Below are positions 48,571-56,807 of a stretch of DNA of 64,000 nt, piece after piece. Both the position numbers and the translations under genes were made by a program. This DNA is from an uncultured Acidobacteriaceae bacterium (lineage in GTDB: Bacteria > Acidobacteriota > Terriglobia > Terriglobales > Acidobacteriaceae). Numbering within the stretch: the first letter of the stretch is position 1; the number at the start of each line of letters is the position of its first letter. The DNA is taken from the NCBI GenBank assembly GCA_963743365.1, contig CAVUQE010000013.1, positions 16,513 through 80,512 of the forward strand, given 5' to 3'. The notes under the pieces were generated by a model. The model did not search any database. It saw only the letters and a list, made by a program, of their open reading frames with translations, and was not told the DNA's origin.

Positions 48571-50584
48571 AGGTTCCCTTCCGTGCGGTAGTCACGATCT
48601 CAATCCTGCCGTCTTTGTTGATGTCCTTGGCGATGATCTGGGTCCCCACGCCCGAGGCGTTGTGGATGAGGCTGGGAATCCACTCCACCGCTCCTCCGGG
48701 TTTGCGCATCAGCTGGAAACGGTAGAGCACCGGCGGATTGTCCACATCGTTCTCATCGTAGATGTATCCATGGGACCACCAGCGTTTCCCGGTGATGATG
48801 GAAGGCAATTCGTCGCCGTCGAGTTGCGCGAAGGCCAGGGCATGCAGCTCAGTGAAGGTCACAGATTTGTCCGTCTCCTCCCATGGCTGCCGTTCAGCCA
48901 GCGGGGTGGAAGGGGAGCCCATGATCAGGTGCCGCTTCCATGTCATCTCGCCTTGCGTGCTTCGTTGTTGTTCGAACCATGCTAATCCGGGGCCATGGGC
49001 ATTGAGGCTGGTAATGACATCGGGAACGCCGTCGCCGTTGACGTCGTAGACGATGATGTCGGCGCCCCCGCGCAGTCCAGGCTCTCCTTCGGTCGCGCCG
49101 AAGAGCACGGGATGAAATTTCCATAACCCGCTGGCGCCTGCGGGCGGCTGCTCCCACCAGCCGCTGGCGGTGATGATATCCAGGCGTCCGTCGCCGTTGA
49201 TATCCCCCACGCCCAGGCCGTGCGGTCCCCGCGGCGCTTTCTCCGAAACCGGAAAAAACTGCCACGGCTTGGTTGGATCGGAGGCGTCCGGCTTGGCATA
49301 GCCGACCTGGTTGTCCTGGGTCAGGATGAGCTCAGGGTGACCGTCGCCGTCGATGTCGAAAAGCTGCGTGGTTTCCGAAGCAACCGAGGGCACCACGTTG
49401 TAGTTGTCCCAGTGGCGAAGTTCCCCGCGCGGATTCACAAACAGATGGGCGGAGAAACTGGGTCTCGGACCAAAACCCATGATCATCAAAACATCCGGCC
49501 AGCCGTCGCCCGTGAAGTCGTGAATATGACTGAGGAAGCAGTTGGAGTAATTGCCGTGTTCGCCCACCCCGGCCGGGTTGATGGTGGTGGGTCGGAAGAG
49601 CTCCCGCGCGGTGGTGTAATCCGGTCCCACGTAGTAGAAGGGACCGGCCACCACCTCGTCGTAGCCGTCCCGGTTCAGGTCTCCCGCGGCCACCCCCTCG
49701 GCGTAAAAGAGGTCGGTCATCTGACGCACGTGTGGGTTGGCGGCATTGTGCGCTAACCCCGCGGCTCTTTGGGTAAGATCGAAGAGCGACAACTCCTTGA
49801 AGTGGATGGGCGCGCCGGAGACAAAAAGTGCCACGCTTCCAAACTGGCTTCTGGCATCGAGTGCTTCCGCCACACCTGTCTTGTCCCAGGGACAGGCTGA
49901 TCCACGCAGCGTGATTTCTACTTGCTGCCAACCATCCGCCGGTGCAGTGATGTGAATGGAAGGATGCGATGGCCACCCTTCCTTGGTGGCTTCCGCATCG
50001 TTAATTCCGGCACATGGGATGGGAGCGCACATTCCGGGATAGATCTTGTCTCCGCTCCCCGGTTCTCCGTGCACCGGTGCAGGAATAGGCTTGCGGTCCC
50101 TCTCTTTCCCTTCGCCATCGAGTGTGAGCAGAGACATCTCCCCCGCGTGCGCGCCGCTGAGCGCCACGTAGACGCCCATGGTCTGGCCGCCGTTCGACGA
50201 AGGATGGGAGAAGCGGGACCAGGCAAGAGGCGCGTTGCGCAGCAACACCCCGGCTTCTCCATCGGCCGGGCGAAAGGCAAAGCGGAGAACGAAGTCTTCG
50301 AAGCCGCGCTCTGTTTCGAGCCATCCGCCTCTGGGAGCGTCGCACGATCCAAGCAGCTCTCCGTTTTCCACGCGCCAGTGTGCAGGCCCCTGTATCCGCC
50401 ATCCGGTCAGGCTGCTTCCATCGAAGAGCGACAGCGGAGCCGAAGCGCTCGTCCCGGCAAGGTTGGCCTGCGCAGCGCTGGTAGACGGAGCGCCTTGCTG
50501 CAACCGGGCGGCGGCCTGCGAAAGGGGAACCCACGCTCCTGCGGTCGAGGCGAGAGCGAGGAATTGTCTGCGGCTTGGTTTCAT
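48542..50584 (-). CDS. Tat-exported DUF1080 (3-keto-disaccharide-hydrolase-like) plus FG-GAP/VCBS repeat protein
   Basis: 680-aa ORF with twin-arginine signal SRRQFLALAS and the DUF1080 pattern GWRIQGPAHWRVENGELLG...GGWLET. Seven D(I/V/L)(N/D)(G/R/K)DG repeats follow. Confidence 0.8.
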   Translation of the reverse strand: MKPSRRQFLALASTAGAWVPLSQAAARLQQGAPSTSAAQANLAGTSASAPLSLFDGSSLTGWRIQGPAHWRVENGELLGSCDAPRGGWLETERGFEDFVLRFAFRPADGEAGVLLRNAPLAWSRFSHPSSNGGQTMGVYVALSGAHAGEMSLLTLDGEGKERDRKPIPAPVHGEPGSGDKIYPGMCAPIPCAGINDAEATKEGWPSHPSIHITAPADGWQQVEITLRGSACPWDKTGVAEALDARSQFGSVALFVSGAPIHFKELSLFDLTQRAAGLAHNAANPHVRQMTDLFYAEGVAAGDLNRDGYDEVVAGPFYYVGPDYTTARELFRPTTINPAGVGEHGNYSNCFLSHIHDFTGDGWPDVLMIMGFGPRPSFSAHLFVNPRGELRHWDNYNVVPSVASETTQLFDIDGDGHPELILTQDNQVGYAKPDASDPTKPWQFFPVSEKAPRGPHGLGVGDINGDGRLDIITASGWWEQPPAGASGLWKFHPVLFGATEGEPGLRGGADIIVYDVNGDGVPDVITSLNAHGPGLAWFEQQRSTQGEMTWKRHLIMGSPSTPLAERQPWEETDKSVTFTELHALAFAQLDGDELPSIITGKRWWSHGYIYDENDVDNPPVLYRFQLMRKPGGAVEWIPSLIHNASGVGTQIIAKDINKDGRIEIVTTARKGTFVFYGPFKV

Positions 50585-50645
50585 CCCTGGGGTCTCCTCT
50601 TCTTACGTGCGCGGAGCGATGACTGCGAAGTAGTCCCCGGGCATA

Positions 50646-51995
50646 TTACTCGGGCTTGAGTATGGTTTGCGACTCGATTTTGGCGAGATCCAGCTGAACG
50701 TTGAAACCGGGGCCGGTGGGCAGGCCGATGTGGGCGTTGACCGGAACCAGGGGATTGCTTTCAAAGTGGTAGTAGTGCCGCATCTTGTTCACCAGGTACT
50801 CGCCCAGGGGAAAGGTCATGGGCGACTGGCTGCAGATGATGTGCACGGCGGCACGCAGGCTATGGCCATGGGGGATCACGGGCACATCGTGCAGCGAAGC
50901 GACCGTGCCGATGCGCACCAGCTCCGACGTGCCGCCACACCACTCTGGATCCGCCTGCACAACGGAGAGCGCGCCCGCCTGCAGGTAACGCTCCACCTCC
51001 CACCGGCCGTAGAAGTGCTCTCCGGAGGCGATGGGAATGGTGGTGCTGCGGCGCATGGCAGCAAAGCTCTCGATCTTTTCCGGGTGCGTCGCTTCCTCGA
51101 TCCAGTGGGGGCGATACTTCTCCACCTGGTGCGCCCATTCCAGCGTGTAGTCCTGGTCCCATCCGCTGTAGGCGTCGAACATGATCTCGCTGTCTTCGCC
51201 CAGGGTCTCGCGCAAAATGCGCACCAGTTCGACATTCTTCTGCATGCCCTCGGGCCCGGAGCCCGGGCCGTAGCCCATGAACCACTTCTGGTAGCGGAAG
51301 CCTTGCTGCTTGATGGCCAGGGCACGGGTGCGCACCGCCTCTGGTTGGAGCGAGAAGCCGAGACAGCTGGCGTACATCTCGACCGAGGAACGCGTGGGGC
51401 CGCCCAGCAGCCGATACACCGGCACGCCGTAGTAACGGCCGCGCACATCCCACAGCGTGTTATCGACCGCGCTGATCCCCATCATGAAGAATCCATCGCG
51501 CGAATGGCGGTTGGAGCGATACATCTCGTCCCACAGCGCTTCCCCGGCAAGCGCATCTTTGCCCAGGAGAAAGGGGCGCAGCTCCTGTTCCACCACAATC
51601 GCCGCGCTCTTCTCGATCGGGCCGTAGAGACCTTCGATCCCGCCGGCGTGCAGGCGAAGATAGATCGCGCTGGTATGAACCTCTTTCGTGCCCGACGGCT
51701 TATCGGTGTAAGGTTCGGGGCGCAGATCGTCGTAGACGTCGAGCGGATTCACTTGCGGCTGCCCGTTGACGCCTGCCTCCTCGGTATATCTGCCATGCAG
51801 CTCCATCAGTTCCACGGCTTCAATCTTCAGCGGACCGGCTGCATGGTCGTTGGCGGGAGCAAACGCGGCGGCAAGAGCGCCGGGCCGGGTGGTGGCGAAC
51901 GCGGTGGCGGCTGCTCCAAGCAGGAAACGGCGACGGCTGGGTGCAGAAAAAGCCGACGGAGAACCAAGGCGAATCGAATCAAACGCGCGTCTCAT
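50646..51995 (-). CDS. enolase-superfamily (mandelate racemase/sugar-acid dehydratase-like) enzyme with a twin-arginine signal
   Basis: 449-aa ORF with the N-terminus PSRRRFLLGAAATAFA...AAAF, then an MR/MLE-type capping and barrel sequence (ISAVDNTLWDVRG, MFDAYSGWD, IEE, PIASGEH). Confidence 0.82.
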   Translation of the reverse strand: MRRAFDSIRLGSPSAFSAPSRRRFLLGAAATAFATTRPGALAAAFAPANDHAAGPLKIEAVELMELHGRYTEEAGVNGQPQVNPLDVYDDLRPEPYTDKPSGTKEVHTSAIYLRLHAGGIEGLYGPIEKSAAIVVEQELRPFLLGKDALAGEALWDEMYRSNRHSRDGFFMMGISAVDNTLWDVRGRYYGVPVYRLLGGPTRSSVEMYASCLGFSLQPEAVRTRALAIKQQGFRYQKWFMGYGPGSGPEGMQKNVELVRILRETLGEDSEIMFDAYSGWDQDYTLEWAHQVEKYRPHWIEEATHPEKIESFAAMRRSTTIPIASGEHFYGRWEVERYLQAGALSVVQADPEWCGGTSELVRIGTVASLHDVPVIPHGHSLRAAVHIICSQSPMTFPLGEYLVNKMRHYYHFESNPLVPVNAHIGLPTGPGFNVQLDLAKIESQTILKPE

Positions 51996-52180
51996 GTTTC
52001 CTTAGGCACGACCTATCCACTCTACCGCCTAACCAATCTCGGCGAACAGATTGCGGCGTCTTCCCAGTCGATATTCATGGGGCAATCCCGCTCACCGGCA
52101 ACTGTTAGCTGACAGTGATCTCAAAAGAATTGCCCGCTGAACCGCCTAGAATCACGTCATTCTCTCCCGGAGGCGTCTTG

Positions 52181-52786
52181 ATGAATGGCGATTTAGCGAA
52201 GCACGGAATCGACCTCAACGTCGAGTTTCCCACCATGAGCGACGAAGGGCTGATTGCTGCGGCGCAATCGGGCCAGGAGTGGGCCTTTGTCGAGCTGTGC
52301 ACACGAAGCGCGAAACGCGCCTTCAGCACCATCTACAGCGTCACCAAGAATCGTGAGGACGCGGAGGATGCGCTGCAGGATTCCATGCTGCGCGCCTTCC
52401 AGCATTTGCGGCAATTTGACGGAAGGTCCAGCTTTGCCACCTGGTTCACCCGGATCGGCATCAACTCAGCGCTCATGATCCTGCGCAAGAAGCGTGTCCG
52501 GCCCGAGACACCGATGGATGTATCCGCGGAAGTGGAGTCCTGGCGGCACTGGCAAATTGCCGGCCACGCCACGGACCCGGAGAAGCACTATGCAGCAAGC
52601 GAGCGGTCCAGGCACCTGAGACAGGCGATCGGTCAGCTGCCGGGTTCGCTCCGCTCGGTCATCGAGCAGGGTCAGATGAAGGGGCACTCGACCAAGCAGA
52701 TCGCCGACCATATGGGCATTTCGGTTCCCGCCACGAAATCCCGCCTGGCGCGAGCCAGGGTGGCTCTACGCAAGTCAATGACCTAA
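52181..52786 (+). CDS. ECF-type RNA polymerase sigma factor with no adjacent anti-sigma gene
   Basis: Region 2 (REDAEDALQDSMLRAFQHLRQFDGRSSFATWFTRIGINSAL) and region 4 (HSTKQIADHMGISVPATKSRLARAR). ATG at 52181 with GGAGG 7 nt upstream. Confidence 0.85.
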   Translation: MNGDLAKHGIDLNVEFPTMSDEGLIAAAQSGQEWAFVELCTRSAKRAFSTIYSVTKNREDAEDALQDSMLRAFQHLRQFDGRSSFATWFTRIGINSALMILRKKRVRPETPMDVSAEVESWRHWQIAGHATDPEKHYAASERSRHLRQAIGQLPGSLRSVIEQGQMKGHSTKQIADHMGISVPATKSRLARARVALRKSMT

Positions 52787-53351
52787 GATCCAACCCTCCA
52801 CGAACACGCCGGCAAATCCTCCCGCCAGAATCATCCGCCACCAAGTGTGATCGTGCCGGTGTCAAATATCTGCCTACAGCTCCTCGTGTAGTGGATGGAA
52901 CTGATCGCCATTTTCCTGTTCTGGAACGCGCACCATAAGTGGTAGTCAGCGAGATAGGCGCATGTTTGAGCATCGCAAAGGACTTAGGGGGAAAGGGAAA
53001 TTCTTTCCGGCATTTACAAGTTGGGCTCCTCACACTGAAGCACTATTGGGTTATCGGCGATATCTCTTGTAATGTACCGAATATAGTGACGCGGAGAGTC
53101 GGTTCTTGTACGCGGCCATCCGCATCGAACGCAGGCGCACGTGAAAGACGGTTGAACGGTTGAGCCTTCTTGTCGTTGCCTCAGAGGCGGCCACATCGGT
53201 TCAGATTTCCGTCGATCGGCAATCATGCCCTTGGAACTCGCTCTACGCTGGGCTGAGGGCTTAGGCAAATCACTTGGCTGCTCGCCTGCACGATCAGAGC
53301 CGGGCGCCGCAACCGTGTGGTGGATAAACGCCATGCAACGGGTGACGACTT

Positions 53352-53615
53352 ATGAACTCCGGCGCCGATGAGCTGAATGAGTCGCTAAAGCAGTTACAGG
53401 AAGTTTGGCACGTCTCCAACAAGTACAACGCTGCGGCCTGCTGCACCATCTGCAGTGGCGTGGTGCAACACGAGCCTTGGTGCGTCATTGTCAATAAAGA
53501 CATGGAGTACGCCTTCCTGCTCGCCGTAGACCCCGTGGTCATCACTGAAGGGGACAAGATCACGCTCCATTCCCTCGGCGTGGCATGGCATTCCTGCGCC
53601 GGCGAGTGCGCATAA
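53352..53615 (+). CDS. hypothetical Cys-rich small protein
   Basis: 87-aa ORF with coding-like third-position GC and 7 Cys residues (AACCTICSGVVQHEPWC ... WHSCAGEC). The RBS is weak. Confidence 0.45.
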   Translation: MNSGADELNESLKQLQEVWHVSNKYNAAACCTICSGVVQHEPWCVIVNKDMEYAFLLAVDPVVITEGDKITLHSLGVAWHSCAGECA

Positions 53616-53854
53616 GCCGCAAGAGGATCCGCTTCGATGACTTGCGTCTGGAGCTGCTTTGCCGAAGAGCCGGATTGCATCGCGCGGGCAAAAAAACTTC
53701 GCAGCTCCGCTGTTCCCCGGGCTGCTCTTCCGGGCTCCGTAATGACCACTGCGGCATCCTCGTAGAAGCTGAGGACTGCGTCGAGATCCCCTTGAGCAAA
53801 AGCGCGATCCAATAATTCCACCGCATGCTTAGGACTGGTGGCGATCATTCTCAT
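53609..53854 (-). pseudogene. 5' fragment of an NTF2-like (SnoaL/DUF4440-type) gene
   Basis: The first ~80 codons (AVELLDRAFAQGDLDAVLSFYEDAAVVITEPGRAARGTAELRSFFARAM...) look like an NTF2-fold N-terminus. The rest of ORF 53294..53854 is Ser/Thr/Cys-rich with no fold-like pattern, and it overlaps the plus-strand ORF. Confidence 0.45.
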
Positions 53855-53917
53855 TACCTCCTAAAGAGAGTTTGGAACGCTTGTCTGTTCCCCACCCACT
53901 CCTTTTCCCTCAACAAC

Positions 53918-54019
53918 GACGGGTGCCCCACATCTCGCTCGTTTTTCGCGAGATGTGGGATACCACCGAAGTTGACCGCTCAGTGCTTCGGGTGAATCAA
54001 GAGTCGAGGGGCACCCGTC
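53918..54019. repeat. nested palindromic intergenic element
   Basis: The outer arms GACGGGTGCCCC (53918-53929) and GGGGCACCCGTC (54008-54019) pair. The inner hairpin is CCCACATCTCGC (53927-53938) with GCGAGATGTGGG (53948-53959), and the two left arms share CCC. Confidence 0.55.
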
Positions 54020-54126
54020 CTTAGTCAGCGAACCAGCGCCCTCGTCCAATTGCTTTTCGTTCTTCCAGGGCACAGACTCCACCGCGACGTGGACAGGCTG
54101 CCCAAGCCACGCTGTTTCAGAGTAGG

Positions 54127-54417
54127 ATGGCTGTCAATATGAAGCGTCGGTGGGGACAGATCCTCCAGGGTTTGCTGGCCATTCTGGTAGTCCTTTACCT
54201 CGGGGACTGGGTCACCTTGCGGGTCAGGGCGGGCGCTCATGCATCGAATAGCGTGCAAGTGGAGCAGTTTTTGCGTACGCCGCTGAAGGGCCAGAAAGAG
54301 GAATTCGACTACATGGGAACGGTCGCCGAACCATGCGTGCCCGCGCTCTTTCCCCACGCGTCGGAGGCGCCCTGCTGGTGGCTGGAGCGGCATAAAATTA
54401 AGTGGGTGTCGCCTTAA
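54127..54417 (+). CDS. hypothetical membrane-anchored protein
   Basis: 96-aa ORF with a single N-terminal TM segment (ILQGLLAILVVLYLGDWV). Confidence 0.45.
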   Translation: MAVNMKRRWGQILQGLLAILVVLYLGDWVTLRVRAGAHASNSVQVEQFLRTPLKGQKEEFDYMGTVAEPCVPALFPHASEAPCWWLERHKIKWVSP

Positions 54418-54452
54418 CCGGCGGTGGTTTGGGGCGGCGGTGAGAGCTGGCC

Positions 54453-54785
54453 GTGTTTCTGGAACTCGCTAAATTCGCTTCTTTGCTGCTGAGTATTCTT
54501 GCCCTGGATGCCGTCTTTCACACCGCCTTTCTGGAGCCCGGGAGCCACCTGGAAGAGCAGTTGCTGCCCGCCTTGCGTATGCTGTTGCTGGCCGCTGCCG
54601 TTTCCCTGGTAAGCGGGTACCTCTTTCGCGAAGGGGAAAAACGATCCGGGCAGGGGGCAGTCCGGCACGACGGCAGCGTAGCCGGCTCCTTGCCCATGAT
54701 GATTTTCTGGTGGGGAAGCGGAGTGATGGCCCTGCTTTTTGGCCTTGCCTGGTTGGTCGAGCGCTACGATCACCTGTGGCGCTGA
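54453..54785 (+). CDS. hypothetical membrane protein
   Basis: 110-aa ORF with three hydrophobic segments. Confidence 0.45.
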   Translation: MFLELAKFASLLLSILALDAVFHTAFLEPGSHLEEQLLPALRMLLLAAAVSLVSGYLFREGEKRSGQGAVRHDGSVAGSLPMMIFWWGSGVMALLFGLAWLVERYDHLWR

Positions 54786-54930
54786 ATGGGGAAATCAAGC
54801 TTCGAGACGGCCGCGCACAACTTTCTATGGCTGCCGCCGGGGTGCGCCTCTCACTTCCGGGCCTGATGACAAGCGATGCCGGAAGTTGTTGCTCTGTAAG
54901 CGCCAGAAGCGACAATGCTGTAACCCGGAT

Positions 54931-54958
54931 GGAACCGAACGCAGGAGCAGCGCGTATC
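54931..54958 (+). promoter_or_regulatory. candidate ECF-type promoter (GGAAC-N17-CGTA)
   Basis: GGAAC at 54931-54935, a 17-nt spacer, then CGTATC at 54953-54958. It lies upstream of the sigma/anti-sigma operon. Confidence 0.35.
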
Positions 54959-55076
54959 AGCATGCATGAGTCTGGCCGGCACCCTCGCTTTGCACATCGC
55001 GCCAACAGGAGCGCGCAGTGAGCGTTACCAGGACAACTCCGGGAGGCCCTATCCTACAAGCCGAGGAATCCCCGCG

Positions 55077-55742
55077 GTGAATCTCCCTTCGAACCCGCCA
55101 CCGGAGAGCGATTCGCGCCGGCAATGGCCGGCTGCGCGGCGGCCCGAGGCGCCGGAGATCGACTGGCCCGCGCTGGTCAGGCGCTGCCTCGACGGCGATC
55201 CCATCGCGTGGACCGAACTGGTGGCGGCCCAGCAGCGCCGCGTCTACGCGCTCTGTTACCGCTTCACCGCTTCGTCGCATGACGCAGAGGACCTGACCCA
55301 GGATGTTTTCATCAAGCTGTACGGTAACCTGGCCAGCTTTGACGCTGCCAAGGGTAGCTTCCAGACCTGGATCACGACCCTGACGCGGAACCTGCTGGTC
55401 GATCATTTCCGCCGTTCCCGCCAGCAGAGGGTGACCGACTCGATGGACGCCGGCTGGGAGCTGGGCAACGACCCCTCTCGCAACGAACCCGTGGTCGACC
55501 AGCGCACCACACCCTTCCAACACGCAGTGCGCAACCAGCTGGAACAGATGGTGCAGAACGCCTTAGCCAAGGTGTCGCCGGAGTTGCGCGAAGCAGTTAT
55601 TCTGCGCGATCTGCAGGATATGGATTACAAAGAGATTGCCGAGGTATTGGCCATTCCCCAGGGAACCGTCAAGTCCCGGATCAGCCGCGGCCGGGCGGAA
55701 CTAGCGCGGCTGTTAGAACGTACTAAAGGGCAGGTGATGTAA
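55077..55742 (+). CDS. ECF-type RNA polymerase sigma factor
   Basis: Region 2 (AEDLTQDVFIKLYGNLASFD...FQTWITTLTRNLLVDHFRR) and region 4 (DMDYKEIAEVLAIPQGTVKSRISRGR). The GTG at 55077 has GAGGAA 8 nt upstream. An alternative ATG at 54966 would sit at the predicted transcription start. Confidence 0.82.
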   Translation: MNLPSNPPPESDSRRQWPAARRPEAPEIDWPALVRRCLDGDPIAWTELVAAQQRRVYALCYRFTASSHDAEDLTQDVFIKLYGNLASFDAAKGSFQTWITTLTRNLLVDHFRRSRQQRVTDSMDAGWELGNDPSRNEPVVDQRTTPFQHAVRNQLEQMVQNALAKVSPELREAVILRDLQDMDYKEIAEVLAIPQGTVKSRISRGRAELARLLERTKGQVM

Positions 55743-56807
55743 ATGTCTGAGCGCGAACAAAACAAGCCGTCCGGCCAGCCAGGCCGGGTCTTACGGTGCG
55801 ACGAATGGGAAAACCTGATCGCCGATGCGCTGGACGGAACCCTCTCCCCGGCCGATGCGGCCGCCTTTGCCCGCCACCAGGGCGAGTGTGCGCTCTGTAC
55901 TCAAATGTTCAAAGAAACCCAGCAGGGCAAGGCATGGATGGAGTACCTCGCTGTCGAACCGGAGATCCCGGCGGATCTGCTGCAGAAGGTTCTGGCCCGC
56001 ACCAGCGGGCGTACCGTCTCGGGGGACGAAGCGGTCGTGGTGCCGGGGGTTCCCCCGCCGGTACACGTAATGCCGCCCCGCTCGGCGTGGCATCGGGTGC
56101 TGCCTGTGGCGCGCCATGTGGCCCGCCAGGCATTTGAGCCCAGGCTGATGATGACTGCGGCCATGGCCTTCTTTTCCATCGCGCTGACCCTGAACCTGAC
56201 CGGAATCAAGTTGACCGAGGTGCGGGCTGCCGACCTTCGCCCCTCGCGGGTGCGCGCTACGCTTACCCGGCAGTACTACTCCACCAACGAGCAGGTGATG
56301 AAGTACTACGAGAATCTGCGCCTGGTCTACGAGATGGAGGCCCGGGTACGGGAATTGCGGCGTTCCACGGAAGCGGAGCCCGCTCCCCGTCCGACCTCCA
56401 ACGAGACCCCCAAGCAGGCACCGCGTGACGGCACCGGCAGCCCCAGCTCGACTGCCCCCAGCGGGGGACAAACTTTGCCTATACCCCAGGGCAGGCGCAC
56501 GCCCTTGAAGAGCGATGCCGCCCTGCCCACGATGCTGGTGCATGAGGCCCAGCCGCCGCGCTTTCCGGCGCCCCAGGCCGACGCACACCCGGATTTCCGG
56601 TACGCTGCACTGGATACGGCCGCGTGTGCGGCTTTCTCTAAGGAAAGCCGCAGGAAGTGCTGCGAAGCCAGAAGCTGCACAGCAAATCCGGGACAGCAGG
56701 TGCCGGCCGGTTTTGACCGAAGCGGGAAAAAAGAAAAAGTAAAAAAAGAGGTTTTCAGAGCTTTGCGGTCAACAACTGAAGACCAAGCGGAAAGGAGCTT
56801 GGTATGA
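55743..56807 (+). CDS. anti-sigma factor (zf-HC2 type), single-pass membrane protein
   Basis: It starts immediately after the sigma stop (TAAATG). It has the motif HQGECALCTQ, one TM segment (LMMTAAMAFFSIALTLNLTGI) and a Pro/Ser-rich outer tail. Confidence 0.78.
   Translation: MSEREQNKPSGQPGRVLRCDEWENLIADALDGTLSPADAAAFARHQGECALCTQMFKETQQGKAWMEYLAVEPEIPADLLQKVLARTSGRTVSGDEAVVVPGVPPPVHVMPPRSAWHRVLPVARHVARQAFEPRLMMTAAMAFFSIALTLNLTGIKLTEVRAADLRPSRVRATLTRQYYSTNEQVMKYYENLRLVYEMEARVRELRRSTEAEPAPRPTSNETPKQAPRDGTGSPSSTAPSGGQTLPIPQGRRTPLKSDAALPTMLVHEAQPPRFPAPQADAHPDFRYAALDTAACAAFSKESRRKCCEARSCTANPGQQVPAGFDRSGKKEKVKKEVFRALRSTTEDQAERSLV

Noticed and set aside
50667-52112. 481-aa plus-strand ORF.
   Set aside because: It is antisense to the clearly recognisable enolase-superfamily gene, and its peptide is Arg/Gly/Ala/His-rich with no domain signature.
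53294-53854. Treating the full 186-aa ORF as an intact gene.
   Set aside because: Only the first ~80 residues look like a folded NTF2-type domain. The remainder is Ser/Thr/Cys-rich, overlaps a better plus-strand ORF and begins at a compositional break. It was called as a truncated fragment instead.
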